64,000 nucleotides of DNA from a virus (taxonomy: Duplodnaviria; Caudoviricetes). Position 1 is the first letter of the stretch; each line of letters starts with the position of its first letter. The stretch lies in the IMG/VR virus record IMGVR_UViG_3300027278_000003, one strand, 5' to 3'. The notes beneath the pieces were generated by a model, which worked only from the letters and a program-made list of their open reading frames with translations, was not told the DNA's origin and made no database searches. This document shows positions 19,122 through 28,652 of the stretch, piece after piece. A program made the translations under genes and the position numbers.

Positions 19122-19362
19122 ACACTATCAAAAAGGTAACGACGAAGATCGTTTCGCGAAGTCAGGCACCACAGTAAGTGTTCGTGGTGGTAATATAGAA
19201 AAAGCAATCAGACGCTTTAAGAAAAAATGCGTCGAAGAAAATATCGTGATGGAATATCGCGAAAGACAGCATTATGTTGGTGGTTCAGAGAAACGCCGCA
19301 CAGCAAAGGAAGCTGGCCGTCAACGCTGGTTGCGTACATTACGTGAAATGTCACGCTGGTAA
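19114..19362 (+). CDS. rpsU: 30S ribosomal protein S21
   Basis: VSVRGGNIEKAIRRFKKK....EYRERQHY...SEKRR. Confidence 0.9.
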   Translation: MSKHYQKGNDEDRFAKSGTTVSVRGGNIEKAIRRFKKKCVEENIVMEYRERQHYVGGSEKRRTAKEAGRQRWLRTLREMSRW

Positions 19363-19363
19363 A

Positions 19364-19390
19364 AAATAAGAGGGCGGTGCCCTCTTATTT
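19364..19390. terminator. Bidirectional terminator
   Basis: AAATAAGAGGGC-GGT-GCCCTCTTATTT between convergent genes. Confidence 0.85.
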
Positions 19391-19413
19391 AATTTAACGA
19401 TGGGAAGATTTTA

Positions 19414-19707
19414 TTACAAATCTTCTTTGGTTATGTAAATTGCGACATTATCCACATCGCTAAACACTGGATCTCCGTGCAACTCGTTTTCTGCTTCCAA
19501 ACCATCTTGCCTAGTATTGTAGATTACTTCTGTGATTAAGCATAACTTGTCGTCAGATAGTTTTATGTTATACGCAATACCTCTACGTATGCTAAGATCA
19601 TGTAAAAACTGGTAATAGTTTCTGAGACCGTTATTGTCGATAAAATCGTCGGCTGATGAATGTTCTCTGATTAATCGTGGATAATATTTAAGTGTTTGCT
19701 TGTACAT
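19414..19707 (-). CDS. Hypothetical protein
   Basis: SD and late motif upstream on the minus strand. Confidence 0.7.
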   Translation of the reverse strand: MYKQTLKYYPRLIREHSSADDFIDNNGLRNYYQFLHDLSIRRGIAYNIKLSDDKLCLITEVIYNTRQDGLEAENELHGDPVFSDVDNVAIYITKEDL

Positions 19708-19735
19708 ATTTTACTCCATGGTGTATTATATAATA

Positions 19736-19743
19736 TATTTATC
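19736..19743 (-). promoter_or_regulatory. T4-like late promoter motif GATAAATA
   Basis: Upstream of the minus-strand gene starting at 19707. Confidence 0.55.
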
Positions 19744-19764
19744 TAAAATTAAAAGGATTGCGTA

Positions 19765-20004
19765 ATGACAATTGATGTTGAAACACTAGACTTGCGAACA
19801 CTACAGCGTGAAGCAACTAGAGCATTAATGACAATGGATAGTACCAGTCATGGTATTTCAAAGTTTAACAAAATGGCACATCATAATTCTCAGTTATGGT
19901 ATAAAGCAGTAGTACAGCATTATATTGATGAACATGGTGGATTACCAAAAGATATTGGTCCAGCAAAAAATATTGTACTTTTTTCTGAAAAACTTGGTGT
20001 ATGA
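19765..20004 (+). CDS. Hypothetical protein
   Basis: ORF with AAGGA SD. Confidence 0.7.
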   Translation: MTIDVETLDLRTLQREATRALMTMDSTSHGISKFNKMAHHNSQLWYKAVVQHYIDEHGGLPKDIGPAKNIVLFSEKLGV

Positions 20005-20019
20005 TACTTGACATTTTGA

Positions 20020-20027
20020 GATAAATA
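20020..20027 (+). promoter_or_regulatory. T4-like late promoter motif GATAAATA
   Basis: Upstream of 20059. Confidence 0.6.
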
Positions 20028-20058
20028 CACTATATTAAAATTCAAAGGAGTAATTTGA

Positions 20059-20592
20059 ATGGCACAAGTACAAGAAGCATCATTGTCACGTGTTTGGCAA
20101 CATGCCAAGTCAGACAGACCTATCGCACTACTGACTGCGTTCCGTGGCGAGTATGGTCGTGAAGAAAATATACAACGTAACAAAGCACTAGCAGCGACTA
20201 TTCGCAAACTAGGTTACGGCTTCTTCTTCGTAGATGGTTACTGGATTGAAAATCAAGGCACCGACAATGAAGTACATGTGTCAGAGGATTCACTTTTCGT
20301 TATTGCTCCAGAGGGAACAGACGAAAAGTTTCGTCAACAGATGATTGAACTTGGTGGTAAGTACAATCAAGACGGCGTGCTAGTCAAAGATAAAGATGGT
20401 GCAAAAGTCTATGATAAATCTGGTGGCGTAATGTTTGACGTGGGTACACTATCACCAGGCAAAGCGGGTGAAATGTACACCAAGTTGCGTAACAACAAAA
20501 AGTCAAACACTTTTGTTTTTGAAGGCGAACGTGATGATACAGGCTTCATCGGTCGTCTACAAAAACTTGCAGGTGTTGCTAAGGATCAGTGA
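20059..20592 (+). CDS. Conserved hypothetical phage protein
   Basis: SLSRVWQH...AFRGEY..N..RN pattern; late motif upstream. Confidence 0.7.
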   Translation: MAQVQEASLSRVWQHAKSDRPIALLTAFRGEYGREENIQRNKALAATIRKLGYGFFFVDGYWIENQGTDNEVHVSEDSLFVIAPEGTDEKFRQQMIELGGKYNQDGVLVKDKDGAKVYDKSGGVMFDVGTLSPGKAGEMYTKLRNNKKSNTFVFEGERDDTGFIGRLQKLAGVAKDQ

Positions 20593-20605
20593 CACTTGAC
20601 AATTA

Positions 20606-20683
20606 TGTGCAGCAACCAAAAGTTTGATGCACACGGGTTGCCAAATGGGACCCATCATTCTTGCTTATTAAAGGAGAAACAAC
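20606..20683 (+). promoter_or_regulatory. ROSE-like RNA thermometer in the hsp20 leader
   Basis: TTCTT(G)CT-TATTAA-AGGAGAA hairpin pairs the SD with a bulged G in the UUGCU motif; two upstream hairpins. Confidence 0.7.
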
Positions 20684-21100
20684 ATGACAAGAATTACAAC
20701 ACTAAACCTTCCTGATTTTCACCGCTCACTAGTAGGATTTGATCGTCTAGTTGAGGATTTCACAAATCTTAACAACAGTGGATACCCTCCATATAATGTT
20801 GAGACAGTGGGTGAAACACAATATCAAATTACATTGGCACTTGCAGGATTCAAACGTGATGAATTGAACATCACTGTAAAAGAAGGCCTGTTGACAATCG
20901 AAGGCAACAAAGCAGAAGTCGAGTCAGAAGACCGCAAGTATTTGCATCGCGGCATCGCAAATCGTAACTTCACACGTTCTTGGAAACTTGCAGAGTACGT
21001 AGAAGTTCTAGATGCAACTATGGAAGATGGTATGCTTTATGTACTTCTAGAGCGTAAAGTTCCAGAAGCAAAAATGCCTAAACGTATTGACATTCGCTAA
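20684..21100 (+). CDS. ibpA: Small heat shock protein Hsp20 (IbpA-like)
   Basis: VGFDRL, GYPPYNV, LHRGIANRNF.R.W.LAEYVEV..A..EDGML. Confidence 0.95.
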   Translation: MTRITTLNLPDFHRSLVGFDRLVEDFTNLNNSGYPPYNVETVGETQYQITLALAGFKRDELNITVKEGLLTIEGNKAEVESEDRKYLHRGIANRNFTRSWKLAEYVEVLDATMEDGMLYVLLERKVPEAKMPKRIDIR

Positions 21101-21120
21101 ATGTTTTGATATACTACAGG

Positions 21121-21148
21121 GAGAGGAGAGCAATTCTCCTCTCTTTTT
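21121..21148 (+). terminator. Intrinsic terminator
   Basis: GAGAGGAGA-GCAAT-TCTCCTCTC followed by T tract. Confidence 0.8.
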
Positions 21149-21156
21149 GATAAATA
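21149..21156 (+). promoter_or_regulatory. T4-like late promoter motif GATAAATA
   Basis: Right after a terminator, upstream of clpS. Confidence 0.6.
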
Positions 21157-21188
21157 TGTTACCAACACGAAACGGATTAAATTCAAAC

Positions 21189-21512
21189 ATGTCAATTATA
21201 GACTCACAAAGCGAATCAAAGGTATCAGTAAGCAGCCATTCGCTAATTTCAATCGATGAACCAAAGCGTTATTATGTATTCATGCATAATGATGATAAAA
21301 CACCTTTTGATTTTGTTATTGATGTTCTGATTGAATTGTATAGACACGATGAACAAACTGCCGCAGATTTGGCAAATAAAATTCACGTAGAACAACGTGC
21401 AATTGTTGGTATGTACAATCTCGAAATCGCAGAACAAAAAGTTGAAGAAACAGTTAGAGTTGCAAGAGCAAACAACTATCCATTAGCAGTTACATTGGAA
21501 CTCGCAGACTAA
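21189..21512 (+). CDS. clpS: Clp protease adaptor ClpS (N-end rule)
   Basis: Y.V.MHNDDKTPFDFV..VL, IH..Q.AIVG.Y..EIAEQK, NYPL; start refined. Confidence 0.92.
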   Translation: MSIIDSQSESKVSVSSHSLISIDEPKRYYVFMHNDDKTPFDFVIDVLIELYRHDEQTAADLANKIHVEQRAIVGMYNLEIAEQKVEETVRVARANNYPLAVTLELAD

Positions 21513-21522
21513 CGAGGTATAA

Positions 21523-22236
21523 ATGACAGTAGGTGTAATCTCGGCTATTCCCGAGGAATACTCAAAACTAGAGTGGGATTCCCCACCGCGCACAGAAACA
21601 ATCAATACAAAAATATTTCAATTTGGATCCATTAATGGAGTCGAGGTTGTAGCAGCAGAAAGTGGCATTGGTAAAGTAAATGCCTCCATGACTACTAGCC
21701 TGCTATTGGGGCACTTTAATTGCACTAGTATTGCATTTAGTGGTGTTGCAGGTGGAGTTAATCCAAAATATAAAATTGGCGATGTCATTGTTGCAGAACA
21801 ACTTATTCAACACGACTACGGTGCAATTGTCGAAGGGCAATTGATCAGTGCCATTCCTGGAAGTTTCCCATCACTGACAGATGATGATACAGATGTTGCA
21901 TATAAAATGTCTCCAGAATTACGCGCAGCAATCAAGTCACAAGTTGGCGATCTAGTACACTTTGGTAGAGTTATCACTGGTGATACATATCTTGCGTGTA
22001 GCGACACACGTTCTATGTTCTTTAAACAATTCAAAGCAGATGCAGTCGAAATGGAAGGTGCTGCAATCGCACAAGTGTGTTGCAACTGGCACAAGCCATT
22101 CGTAGTTGTTCGCGTATTGAGTGATCTTGCGGGTGATGAATCACATATTGACTTTGACGATTTCGTTGATGACAGTAGTAAGAAAGCAGCAAACATTGTG
22201 AAGCGTTTGCTACCGGTACTTGACGCATGGGAATAG
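21523..22236 (+). CDS. mtnN: 5'-methylthioadenosine/S-adenosylhomocysteine nucleosidase
   Basis: SGIGKVNA, SGVAGG, VEMEGAAIAQVC, RVLSDLA. Confidence 0.92.
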   Translation: MTVGVISAIPEEYSKLEWDSPPRTETINTKIFQFGSINGVEVVAAESGIGKVNASMTTSLLLGHFNCTSIAFSGVAGGVNPKYKIGDVIVAEQLIQHDYGAIVEGQLISAIPGSFPSLTDDDTDVAYKMSPELRAAIKSQVGDLVHFGRVITGDTYLACSDTRSMFFKQFKADAVEMEGAAIAQVCCNWHKPFVVVRVLSDLAGDESHIDFDDFVDDSSKKAANIVKRLLPVLDAWE

Positions 22237-22688
22237 ACAAACCAAATATAGAACGCTTCGAAAACTCTCCGTTTGAAACTAGCGGACAAGAGAAAGTAGA
22301 AGAAAATTTCTACTATGCAGTGTTCAATGACAGATGGCCAGTATGTGACGGTCATCTGTTGTTTGTACCAAAAGAAAATAATATTAAATTTATAACAATG
22401 GCACTTGAAGCAACTGTTGAATATGGTGACAGACTTCGAAGTGAAGGAAAAATAGACGGATACCATTTTGGAATGAATATCGGTGGTTGCGCAGGACAAA
22501 CAGTGATGTGGCCACATATTCATTTTATTCCAAGATATCACGGAGATGTTGATGGATTCCCGGGAAGTGTAAGACTTGCACATCGAAATGGTCGCGGTGC
22601 AAAATACTACATGGAACATCCTGATTACAAAGACGAATATATTGAAAAGCATAAAGAACACACAACCATAAAAGGATTTAAGGAATGA
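22227..22688 (+). CDS. HIT family hydrolase
   Basis: PVCDGHLLFVPK, GMNIGGCAGQTVMWPHIHFIPR. Confidence 0.85.
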   Translation: MGIDKPNIERFENSPFETSGQEKVEENFYYAVFNDRWPVCDGHLLFVPKENNIKFITMALEATVEYGDRLRSEGKIDGYHFGMNIGGCAGQTVMWPHIHFIPRYHGDVDGFPGSVRLAHRNGRGAKYYMEHPDYKDEYIEKHKEHTTIKGFKE

Positions 22689-24091
22689 GCTACGAAACAA
22701 ACTCTGCGATTGTTGTGCTATACGATTCGAAAGAATTTAAAGCACTTGATAAGAAAACTTCTGGTCAGCTATCAAGTGTTGCAAAGATGAAGAAGTTTGA
22801 TGAAAATGAAACTGCGGAAGTTACAATTTCATTCCCATCAAAAGTAAATGTTGATAGCATTACTGTTGTAAAAACTAATGCAACATCGGACCAAGACTGG
22901 CGAGATTTCGGCGGTAAGTATGCAAAAGCATATAAAGGAAAAGCAGACAATCTTTACTTTGATATCGACGGTTCTCACAATGAAAGCATTTATGAAGGCG
23001 CAATGCTGGCACTTTATACTTTCAACAAATACAAAACTGTAAAGAAGGATGATGCAAACCTTGCAGTGCATATTGATGCAGTCGAGGAACACTCAATTCA
23101 CGAAAGTGTTTATTTTGCACGTGATCTAATTACAGAACCCGGTAATGTATTATATCCGGCAGAATACGCGCAACGTATTAATGACACTCTTACTCCGCTA
23201 GGTGTAAATGTTCGCATCTTCCACCAGTCACAATTGGAATCTATGGGTTTTGATTTGCTACTAAGCGTTGGCCAAGGATCGACAAAAGACAGTTATGTAG
23301 TTGTGATGGAATGGCTAAATGGTGGCGATGAACGCCCAACTGCACTTGTTGGTAAAGGTGTATGTTTTGACACTGGCGGTATCAGCATCAAGCCTAGTGC
23401 AGGTATGGGTGATATGAAATATGACATGGGTGGTTCTGGTGCAGTAGTTGGCGCAATGCACGCCATTGCATCGCACGACATTCAGTCAAACGTAGTTGGT
23501 ATTGTAGGTCTTGTTGAAAACATGCCAGACGGTAATGCAGTGAAGCCGGGTGACGTTGTGACTTCTCTATCGGGTATGACTGTAGAAAATCTAAACACCG
23601 ATGCAGAAGGTCGCCTAGTTCTTGCAGACATTCTAACATACATTCAACGCGAATACGATCCTAGCCGAATTGTTGATCTAGCAACACTAACTGGTGCGAT
23701 TGTAGTTTCACTTGGTGAGGAAGCGGCTGGCTTGTTCACAAACTCAACCTCATGGGGCGAAGCAGTTAAATCAGCAGGTAAAAAATCTGGCGAAGATTAC
23801 TGGCGTATGCCAATGGGTAAAAACTGGAACGCGATGATTGATAGTGATATCGCAGATATGAAAAACATCGGCGGTGGGCGTAACGGTGGTTCAACAACTG
23901 CGGCAGAGTTCTTATATCGTTTCGTAGATAAAGAACGTGCCTGGGCGCACCTAGACATTGCAGGTGTGTGCTGGGATGCAAAGGGTAAAGTAACTGTTCC
24001 TGCTGGTGCAGTGGGATTCGGCGTTCGCACGTTATTCAATCTTGTGCAAGACACAACAGAACATTCAATTGACGAAGATATGAAGTATTAA
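22685..24091 (+). CDS. pepA: Leucyl aminopeptidase (M17)
   Basis: VGKGVCFDTGGISIK, MKYDMGG, NTDAEGRLVLAD, HLDIAG. Confidence 0.97.
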   Translation: MSYETNSAIVVLYDSKEFKALDKKTSGQLSSVAKMKKFDENETAEVTISFPSKVNVDSITVVKTNATSDQDWRDFGGKYAKAYKGKADNLYFDIDGSHNESIYEGAMLALYTFNKYKTVKKDDANLAVHIDAVEEHSIHESVYFARDLITEPGNVLYPAEYAQRINDTLTPLGVNVRIFHQSQLESMGFDLLLSVGQGSTKDSYVVVMEWLNGGDERPTALVGKGVCFDTGGISIKPSAGMGDMKYDMGGSGAVVGAMHAIASHDIQSNVVGIVGLVENMPDGNAVKPGDVVTSLSGMTVENLNTDAEGRLVLADILTYIQREYDPSRIVDLATLTGAIVVSLGEEAAGLFTNSTSWGEAVKSAGKKSGEDYWRMPMGKNWNAMIDSDIADMKNIGGGRNGGSTTAAEFLYRFVDKERAWAHLDIAGVCWDAKGKVTVPAGAVGFGVRTLFNLVQDTTEHSIDEDMKY

Positions 24092-24366
24092 TGGGTGCTA
24101 GGTTCTACAAAGAAAATCAATACATTGATCAGTTTATCAGTACCTTTGATTTTGTTGTAGACCTAGAAACATCTGGTATATCAAGTACAATTGTAGACTA
24201 TTGTGATGAAACATATGGAAGTGCCAATCCCAATTGGCACTTCAAACATTTAGACAAAGACACATCGAAAGTATTTGTAAGTTTTAAAAATGAAAATGAT
24301 GCTTTTGAGTTTTGGTGGTGGTATCAAATAAATGGAAACGAAAATATATTCAACATGCCAACGTAG
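24091..24366 (+). CDS. Hypothetical protein (dispersed small-protein family)
   Basis: TAATG coupling; VSFKNENDAFEF. Confidence 0.65.
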   Translation: MGARFYKENQYIDQFISTFDFVVDLETSGISSTIVDYCDETYGSANPNWHFKHLDKDTSKVFVSFKNENDAFEFWWWYQINGNENIFNMPT

Positions 24367-24838
24367 AGGATATGAATTGACTGACATTCAAATCTGGGAA
24401 GTTACTAAAGGCAGAGAACACTTGGGGTACGAGCGGTTCGGAGAACCATGTGATCCGCCCCAATACATACAAACTGACCCAACTGAACATGAACGAATTC
24501 TTCCAAAAGGTGCAACAGTAATTGCGCAAAGGTTTACTAAAGTGACAAAAACTACAGGTAATATTGTCGAACAAGTAGCAGCACTCGTAGAAGAAAATGA
24601 AAGATTAAAAGCACAAGTAGCAGAACTAAAGAAACAACCAAAAGGGCCAGATGTTGAATTATTTGACAGATGGCGACTTGAATACAGTTGGAAAGGATCT
24701 GCTGGAGACATTGTGCAAGAATGGGGATTTCATAGTTCTAAATCAGCAACAGAACGAATGGAACGAATACAAGAAATGTGCAAAGATTTCAAGTTCGATG
24801 ACGTAAGAGCAGTCCCATATAAAACTAACGAATCATAA
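24332..24838 (+). CDS. Hypothetical protein
   Basis: ORF in operon. Confidence 0.6.
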   Translation: METKIYSTCQRRGYELTDIQIWEVTKGREHLGYERFGEPCDPPQYIQTDPTEHERILPKGATVIAQRFTKVTKTTGNIVEQVAALVEENERLKAQVAELKKQPKGPDVELFDRWRLEYSWKGSAGDIVQEWGFHSSKSATERMERIQEMCKDFKFDDVRAVPYKTNES

Positions 24839-24860
24839 CACACACACACGGAGAAATATT

Positions 24861-25388
24861 ATGACTAAAGTAGGAACTCACGTCCCAAACGTGACATTCA
24901 AAACACGTGTCCGCGATGAAAGTATTGCAGGGCCAAACCCATATCGTTGGCAAGATGTAACAACAGCAGACTATTTTGCTGGTAAACGTGTGGTAGTATT
25001 TTCACTACCTGGCGCATTTACACCAACTTGTTCAACATATCAGCTACCTGGCTTTGAATCTATGCAGCCAGAATTTAAAGAAAAAGGCATTGACGAAATC
25101 TATTGTGTAAGTGTTAATGATGCATTCGTTATGAACAAATGGGCAAAAGATCAGTGCGTAGAGCGTGTAAAAGTTATCCCAGACGGCAACGGTGAATTCA
25201 CTGAAGGCTTGGATATGCTTGTAAACAAAAAGCACCTTGGCTTTGGCTACCGTAGCTGGCGATATGCAATGATTGTTGATGATGGTGTAATCACACATTG
25301 GTTCGAAGAACCCGGCAAGAATCAAACTGGTGCAGACACGGATCCATATGGCGAAACATCACCTGAGAATGTAATCGCTGTACTATAA
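24861..25388 (+). CDS. Peroxiredoxin (Prx5/redoxin type)
   Basis: VVFSLPGAFTPTCS, SVNDAFVM..W, DGNGEFT, RSWRYAM. Confidence 0.95.
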   Translation: MTKVGTHVPNVTFKTRVRDESIAGPNPYRWQDVTTADYFAGKRVVVFSLPGAFTPTCSTYQLPGFESMQPEFKEKGIDEIYCVSVNDAFVMNKWAKDQCVERVKVIPDGNGEFTEGLDMLVNKKHLGFGYRSWRYAMIVDDGVITHWFEEPGKNQTGADTDPYGETSPENVIAVL

Positions 25389-25441
25389 TAATTGAAATAT
25401 AAGATACAAAGCGGGGCAATGCTCCGCTTTTTCCATATGCA

Positions 25442-25449
25442 GATAAATA
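25442..25449 (+). promoter_or_regulatory. T4-like late promoter motif GATAAATA
   Basis: Right after a terminator, upstream of the lipase gene. Confidence 0.6.
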
Positions 25450-25473
25450 CCACAGAGTTGAGGAGGTACTGCT

Positions 25474-26463
25474 ATGGTATGGTTAATACAATACTTGTTG
25501 CGGTGGTTTGTGCAAGGATGGATTATTGCACAACTTGCAAAAGCGGCGCGGAGATGGCTGGTAGGTAAATACGCACTAGACGAAACATTTCAGCAGAGTT
25601 TCACAAAAGACCATGAACCTGATTGGAATACAATACGATGGTTTGCAGAGTTCGCGAGATACGCATACAAACGAGACCATTCAGTTATTAAACAACAGTA
25701 TCAAGGTTATGACATTGTTTACGTTAATACGATAAACAAAATACAATATATCCTTCTAGCGGATCAAAGTAACAAAGTTTACTATATTGCTATTCGTGGA
25801 ACGGATAATTCGCATAACGCGTTACAAGACATTCATTTTCTAAAAGACAAAAGTTTCAGATTGGGCATAGAATTGCACACTGGATTTCACAGAACTGCGG
25901 AAATGATTGCAGACGATTTATTAAGTCGTATGGATAAAACATGGACTTCATATATCACTGGTCATAGTTTGGGCGGCGCATCTGCATTAATCGTTGCATG
26001 GTATCTAGATTACAGTGGACATAATATTTCTGAATGTATAACTTTTGGTCAACCTAAAGTTACTGACTCGCATGGTGTTCGTAAAATGCGCGGAAAAATT
26101 AAGTTGACACGTGTAGTCAATGAAACTGACGTTGTTGCTCTTATACCGCCAGCTGGTACGCATATGAACAGATATGCACATAATGGTGAATTGATAAAGT
26201 TGCTTGATCATGGAAAGTATTGCTTCTTGGAAGAACCAGATAGTTTGAACTTTGGTGTAAACAGTTTCTGGTTGTGGAGTGCAAGAGAAAGTTTCTCATT
26301 CTATGAAATGGGAAAAGAATTACCAGATCACTACATGGACAGTTATCTAGAAAATATTGATAAAATCACCGAAAACGGAGAAGAAGTTCCGTGGGCAGAT
26401 AGATTGCAATATATTGAAGATGGTGGCATTCTGGGTGAATGGGAATACAAAAAATATAAGTGA
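25474..26463 (+). CDS. Lipase class 3 (alpha/beta hydrolase)
   Basis: IAIRGT, LHTGF, GHSLGGA, TFGQP, D.V. Confidence 0.88.
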   Translation: MVWLIQYLLRWFVQGWIIAQLAKAARRWLVGKYALDETFQQSFTKDHEPDWNTIRWFAEFARYAYKRDHSVIKQQYQGYDIVYVNTINKIQYILLADQSNKVYYIAIRGTDNSHNALQDIHFLKDKSFRLGIELHTGFHRTAEMIADDLLSRMDKTWTSYITGHSLGGASALIVAWYLDYSGHNISECITFGQPKVTDSHGVRKMRGKIKLTRVVNETDVVALIPPAGTHMNRYAHNGELIKLLDHGKYCFLEEPDSLNFGVNSFWLWSARESFSFYEMGKELPDHYMDSYLENIDKITENGEEVPWADRLQYIEDGGILGEWEYKKYK

Positions 26464-26471
26464 GATAATTT

Positions 26472-26897
26472 ATGTATGAGTATAAATGTAAAATTCTTCG
26501 TGTAGTAGACGGAGATACAATTGATGTGGACATTGATCTAGGTTTTGGTATTTGGAAGCGAGGAGAACGCGTCCGCGTCATAGGTATTGATACTCCAGAA
26601 AGTAGAACTAAAGATTTAACTGAAAAGAAATTCGGTATCGCAGCAAAGGACTTTGTAAAAGGACTGCTTCCGATCGGCAGTGCGCAAATAATTAAGACAC
26701 ATAAAGACGAAACTGGTAAGTTCGGAAGAATACTCGGAGACTTTGTGTTACCAAACGATAAGCTACTTTCCGCTCATATGATAGAAAATTATCACGCAGT
26801 TGCATATAATGGTGAAAATAAAGAAGACGTAAAAGAGTTACATATGCTAAATAGAAACAAGCTACTGGAAAGTGGCATAGTCAAATTGGAGGACTAA
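26472..26897 (+). CDS. Thermonuclease (SNase-like)
   Basis: VVDGDTI, VRVIGIDTPE, GKFGRILG. Confidence 0.9.
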   Translation: MYEYKCKILRVVDGDTIDVDIDLGFGIWKRGERVRVIGIDTPESRTKDLTEKKFGIAAKDFVKGLLPIGSAQIIKTHKDETGKFGRILGDFVLPNDKLLSAHMIENYHAVAYNGENKEDVKELHMLNRNKLLESGIVKLED

Positions 26898-26898
26898 A

Positions 26899-27351
26899 AT
26901 GGCGTACAAATTAAGCAAGCGCAGCCTTGCAAGATTAGAGGGCGTAGATGAAAGACTAGTTCGTGTTGTGAAACGTGCGATTGAACTTACAACTGTTGAT
27001 TTTGGGGTAGTTCAGGGTTTAAGAACCGTCGAAGAACAGCGTGAACTTGTTGCAAAAGGCGCATCACAGACTATGAAGTCAAAACATATTGACGGCATTG
27101 CCGTAGATTTAATGGCATATGTTGGCGGCAAGGCATCATGGGAACTGTCACTATATGACAACATCGCAGACGCGATGAAACTTGCAGCTATGGAAGAGGG
27201 AGTTGCAATACGTTGGGGCGCGGCATGGCAAGTATCCGATATCAGAGAATGGGACGGCACCATGCAAGATGCATCTAACGCGTATATCGACCTAAGAAGA
27301 AGTCAAGGAAAAAGACCATTCATTGATGGCCCGCATTTTGAATTGATGTGA
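26899..27351 (+). CDS. Peptidase M15 family peptidoglycan hydrolase (endolysin-like)
   Basis: GLRT.EEQ..L...G.S.T..SKH..G.AVD, IRWGAAW, DGPHFEL. Confidence 0.9.
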   Translation: MAYKLSKRSLARLEGVDERLVRVVKRAIELTTVDFGVVQGLRTVEEQRELVAKGASQTMKSKHIDGIAVDLMAYVGGKASWELSLYDNIADAMKLAAMEEGVAIRWGAAWQVSDIREWDGTMQDASNAYIDLRRSQGKRPFIDGPHFELM

Positions 27352-27400
27352 TAAAAATTACAAATAGAATACTAAAAAGGGAGCAATGCTCCCTTTTCTT

Positions 27401-27640
27401 TTATGGTCTGATATTTTGTTTTCGTGGGTTACCCCAAATTTCACGTGCATTGACCCGAATGAACTTACGATTGGTTTCATTCTTGTTTGGGTTCTCAATA
27501 GTTAGAACAACGTTCTTGCCTTTTGCCCAAGCCGCACGTTGATTAACAATGCGTGTACCTGGAGTACGAATACTAGTCTTCATTGATCCGCCATGAACAC
27601 CCTGTGATGTTTGCGTAGCTCTTTGCTTTTTCTTGCCCAT
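27401..27640 (-). CDS. Basic hypothetical protein
   Basis: GAGG SD; IENPNK.ETN..FI. Confidence 0.75.
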   Translation of the reverse strand: MGKKKQRATQTSQGVHGGSMKTSIRTPGTRIVNQRAAWAKGKNVVLTIENPNKNETNRKFIRVNAREIWGNPRKQNIRP

Positions 27641-27654
27641 TTTGATTTCCTCTT

Positions 27655-27882
27655 TTAGAATTTTTTATTGTTTGGGATTATTTTTTGTTCTTTATTTATT
27701 TCTTCTGGTTCGTTGCATTTGTCACAACTACAGTGGTTACATACTTGTATTTCTCGTAACGCACCACCGTCTACCGAATAGTCTCTTACCGTCATAGTAG
27801 TGGGCCCACCACAATGTGATGGGTGCCCGCATATTTCACAGTGAGTAGCAGTTTGCTTTGTTGATAGTGGGGTTATGGTCAT
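27655..27882 (-). CDS. Small Cys/His-rich (zinc-finger-like) protein
   Basis: CEICGH.SHC...CNHCSCDKC. Confidence 0.65.
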   Translation of the reverse strand: MTITPLSTKQTATHCEICGHPSHCGGPTTMTVRDYSVDGGALREIQVCNHCSCDKCNEPEEINKEQKIIPNNKKF

Positions 27883-28616
27883 TTCTTACCCATAAGATTT
27901 TTTTCAACCCACTTGATTGCTTTACGGTACATGCCATCATAGCCTGAACCACTAACATCGACACCATCCTCAAAATCTAGATTTTCTAAATGGTCCACAA
28001 ATTTCGCAATGTCTTCTTTTGAATACTGTGACCAATTTACTTTTGGTAGATTGTTGAAGTCGTAGTCGATTCCGTTTGGTAGATCACCACCTAGAATATC
28101 ATGCCAACTTGCACTTTCTTCTTTAACAGGAATATCTCGTTCATCTTTCATGCCACTGTAGTCTGTATCCATCTGACGAAATTCTTCATATGAAAGATAC
28201 ATGTCGCGGTCTTTGTCGTAATACTTTCCTTCTTTTGGATCGTAATAAACAACTGCACCGTTTAGTGTGCGGAACGGACCTTCTAGTCCATTGATTTCAG
28301 GATACTTGTCGTTGTCGATTTGTGGAAGAATTTTGTAACCTTCCTGTAGGTCTTCGCCATCCATATAGTCTGCAACAGCCTGAAGATAATCTTCAGCCAT
28401 TGTAATCTTTGATGCTACCCAACCTTCGAGGCCTTCTTCTTCGCTTAGATTTTTTAGATGCTTTGCAATACGTGTTGCACTCTTTACTGTTGACAGTAGT
28501 TGCGACTTTGCCATAGATACTTCGTGATCAGTGTAGTCTGTGTCTTCTACTGGATTTTCAACGATAGCTTTGCTTGCACTTTCTATAAGCTGTTTCCATT
28601 TTTTCATATCTGACAT
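27879..28616 (-). CDS. Hypothetical protein, possibly virion-associated
   Basis: Late motif upstream; DHEVSMAK...GLEGWV.SKIT. Confidence 0.7.
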   Translation of the reverse strand: MSDMKKWKQLIESASKAIVENPVEDTDYTDHEVSMAKSQLLSTVKSATRIAKHLKNLSEEEGLEGWVASKITMAEDYLQAVADYMDGEDLQEGYKILPQIDNDKYPEINGLEGPFRTLNGAVVYYDPKEGKYYDKDRDMYLSYEEFRQMDTDYSGMKDERDIPVKEESASWHDILGGDLPNGIDYDFNNLPKVNWSQYSKEDIAKFVDHLENLDFEDGVDVSGSGYDGMYRKAIKWVEKNLMGKK

Positions 28617-28644
28617 GGTGAATTCCTTTACAAAATATTTTATG

Positions 28645-28652
28645 TATTTATC
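28645..28652 (-). promoter_or_regulatory. T4-like late promoter motif GATAAATA
   Basis: Upstream of the minus-strand gene starting at 28616. Confidence 0.55.
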
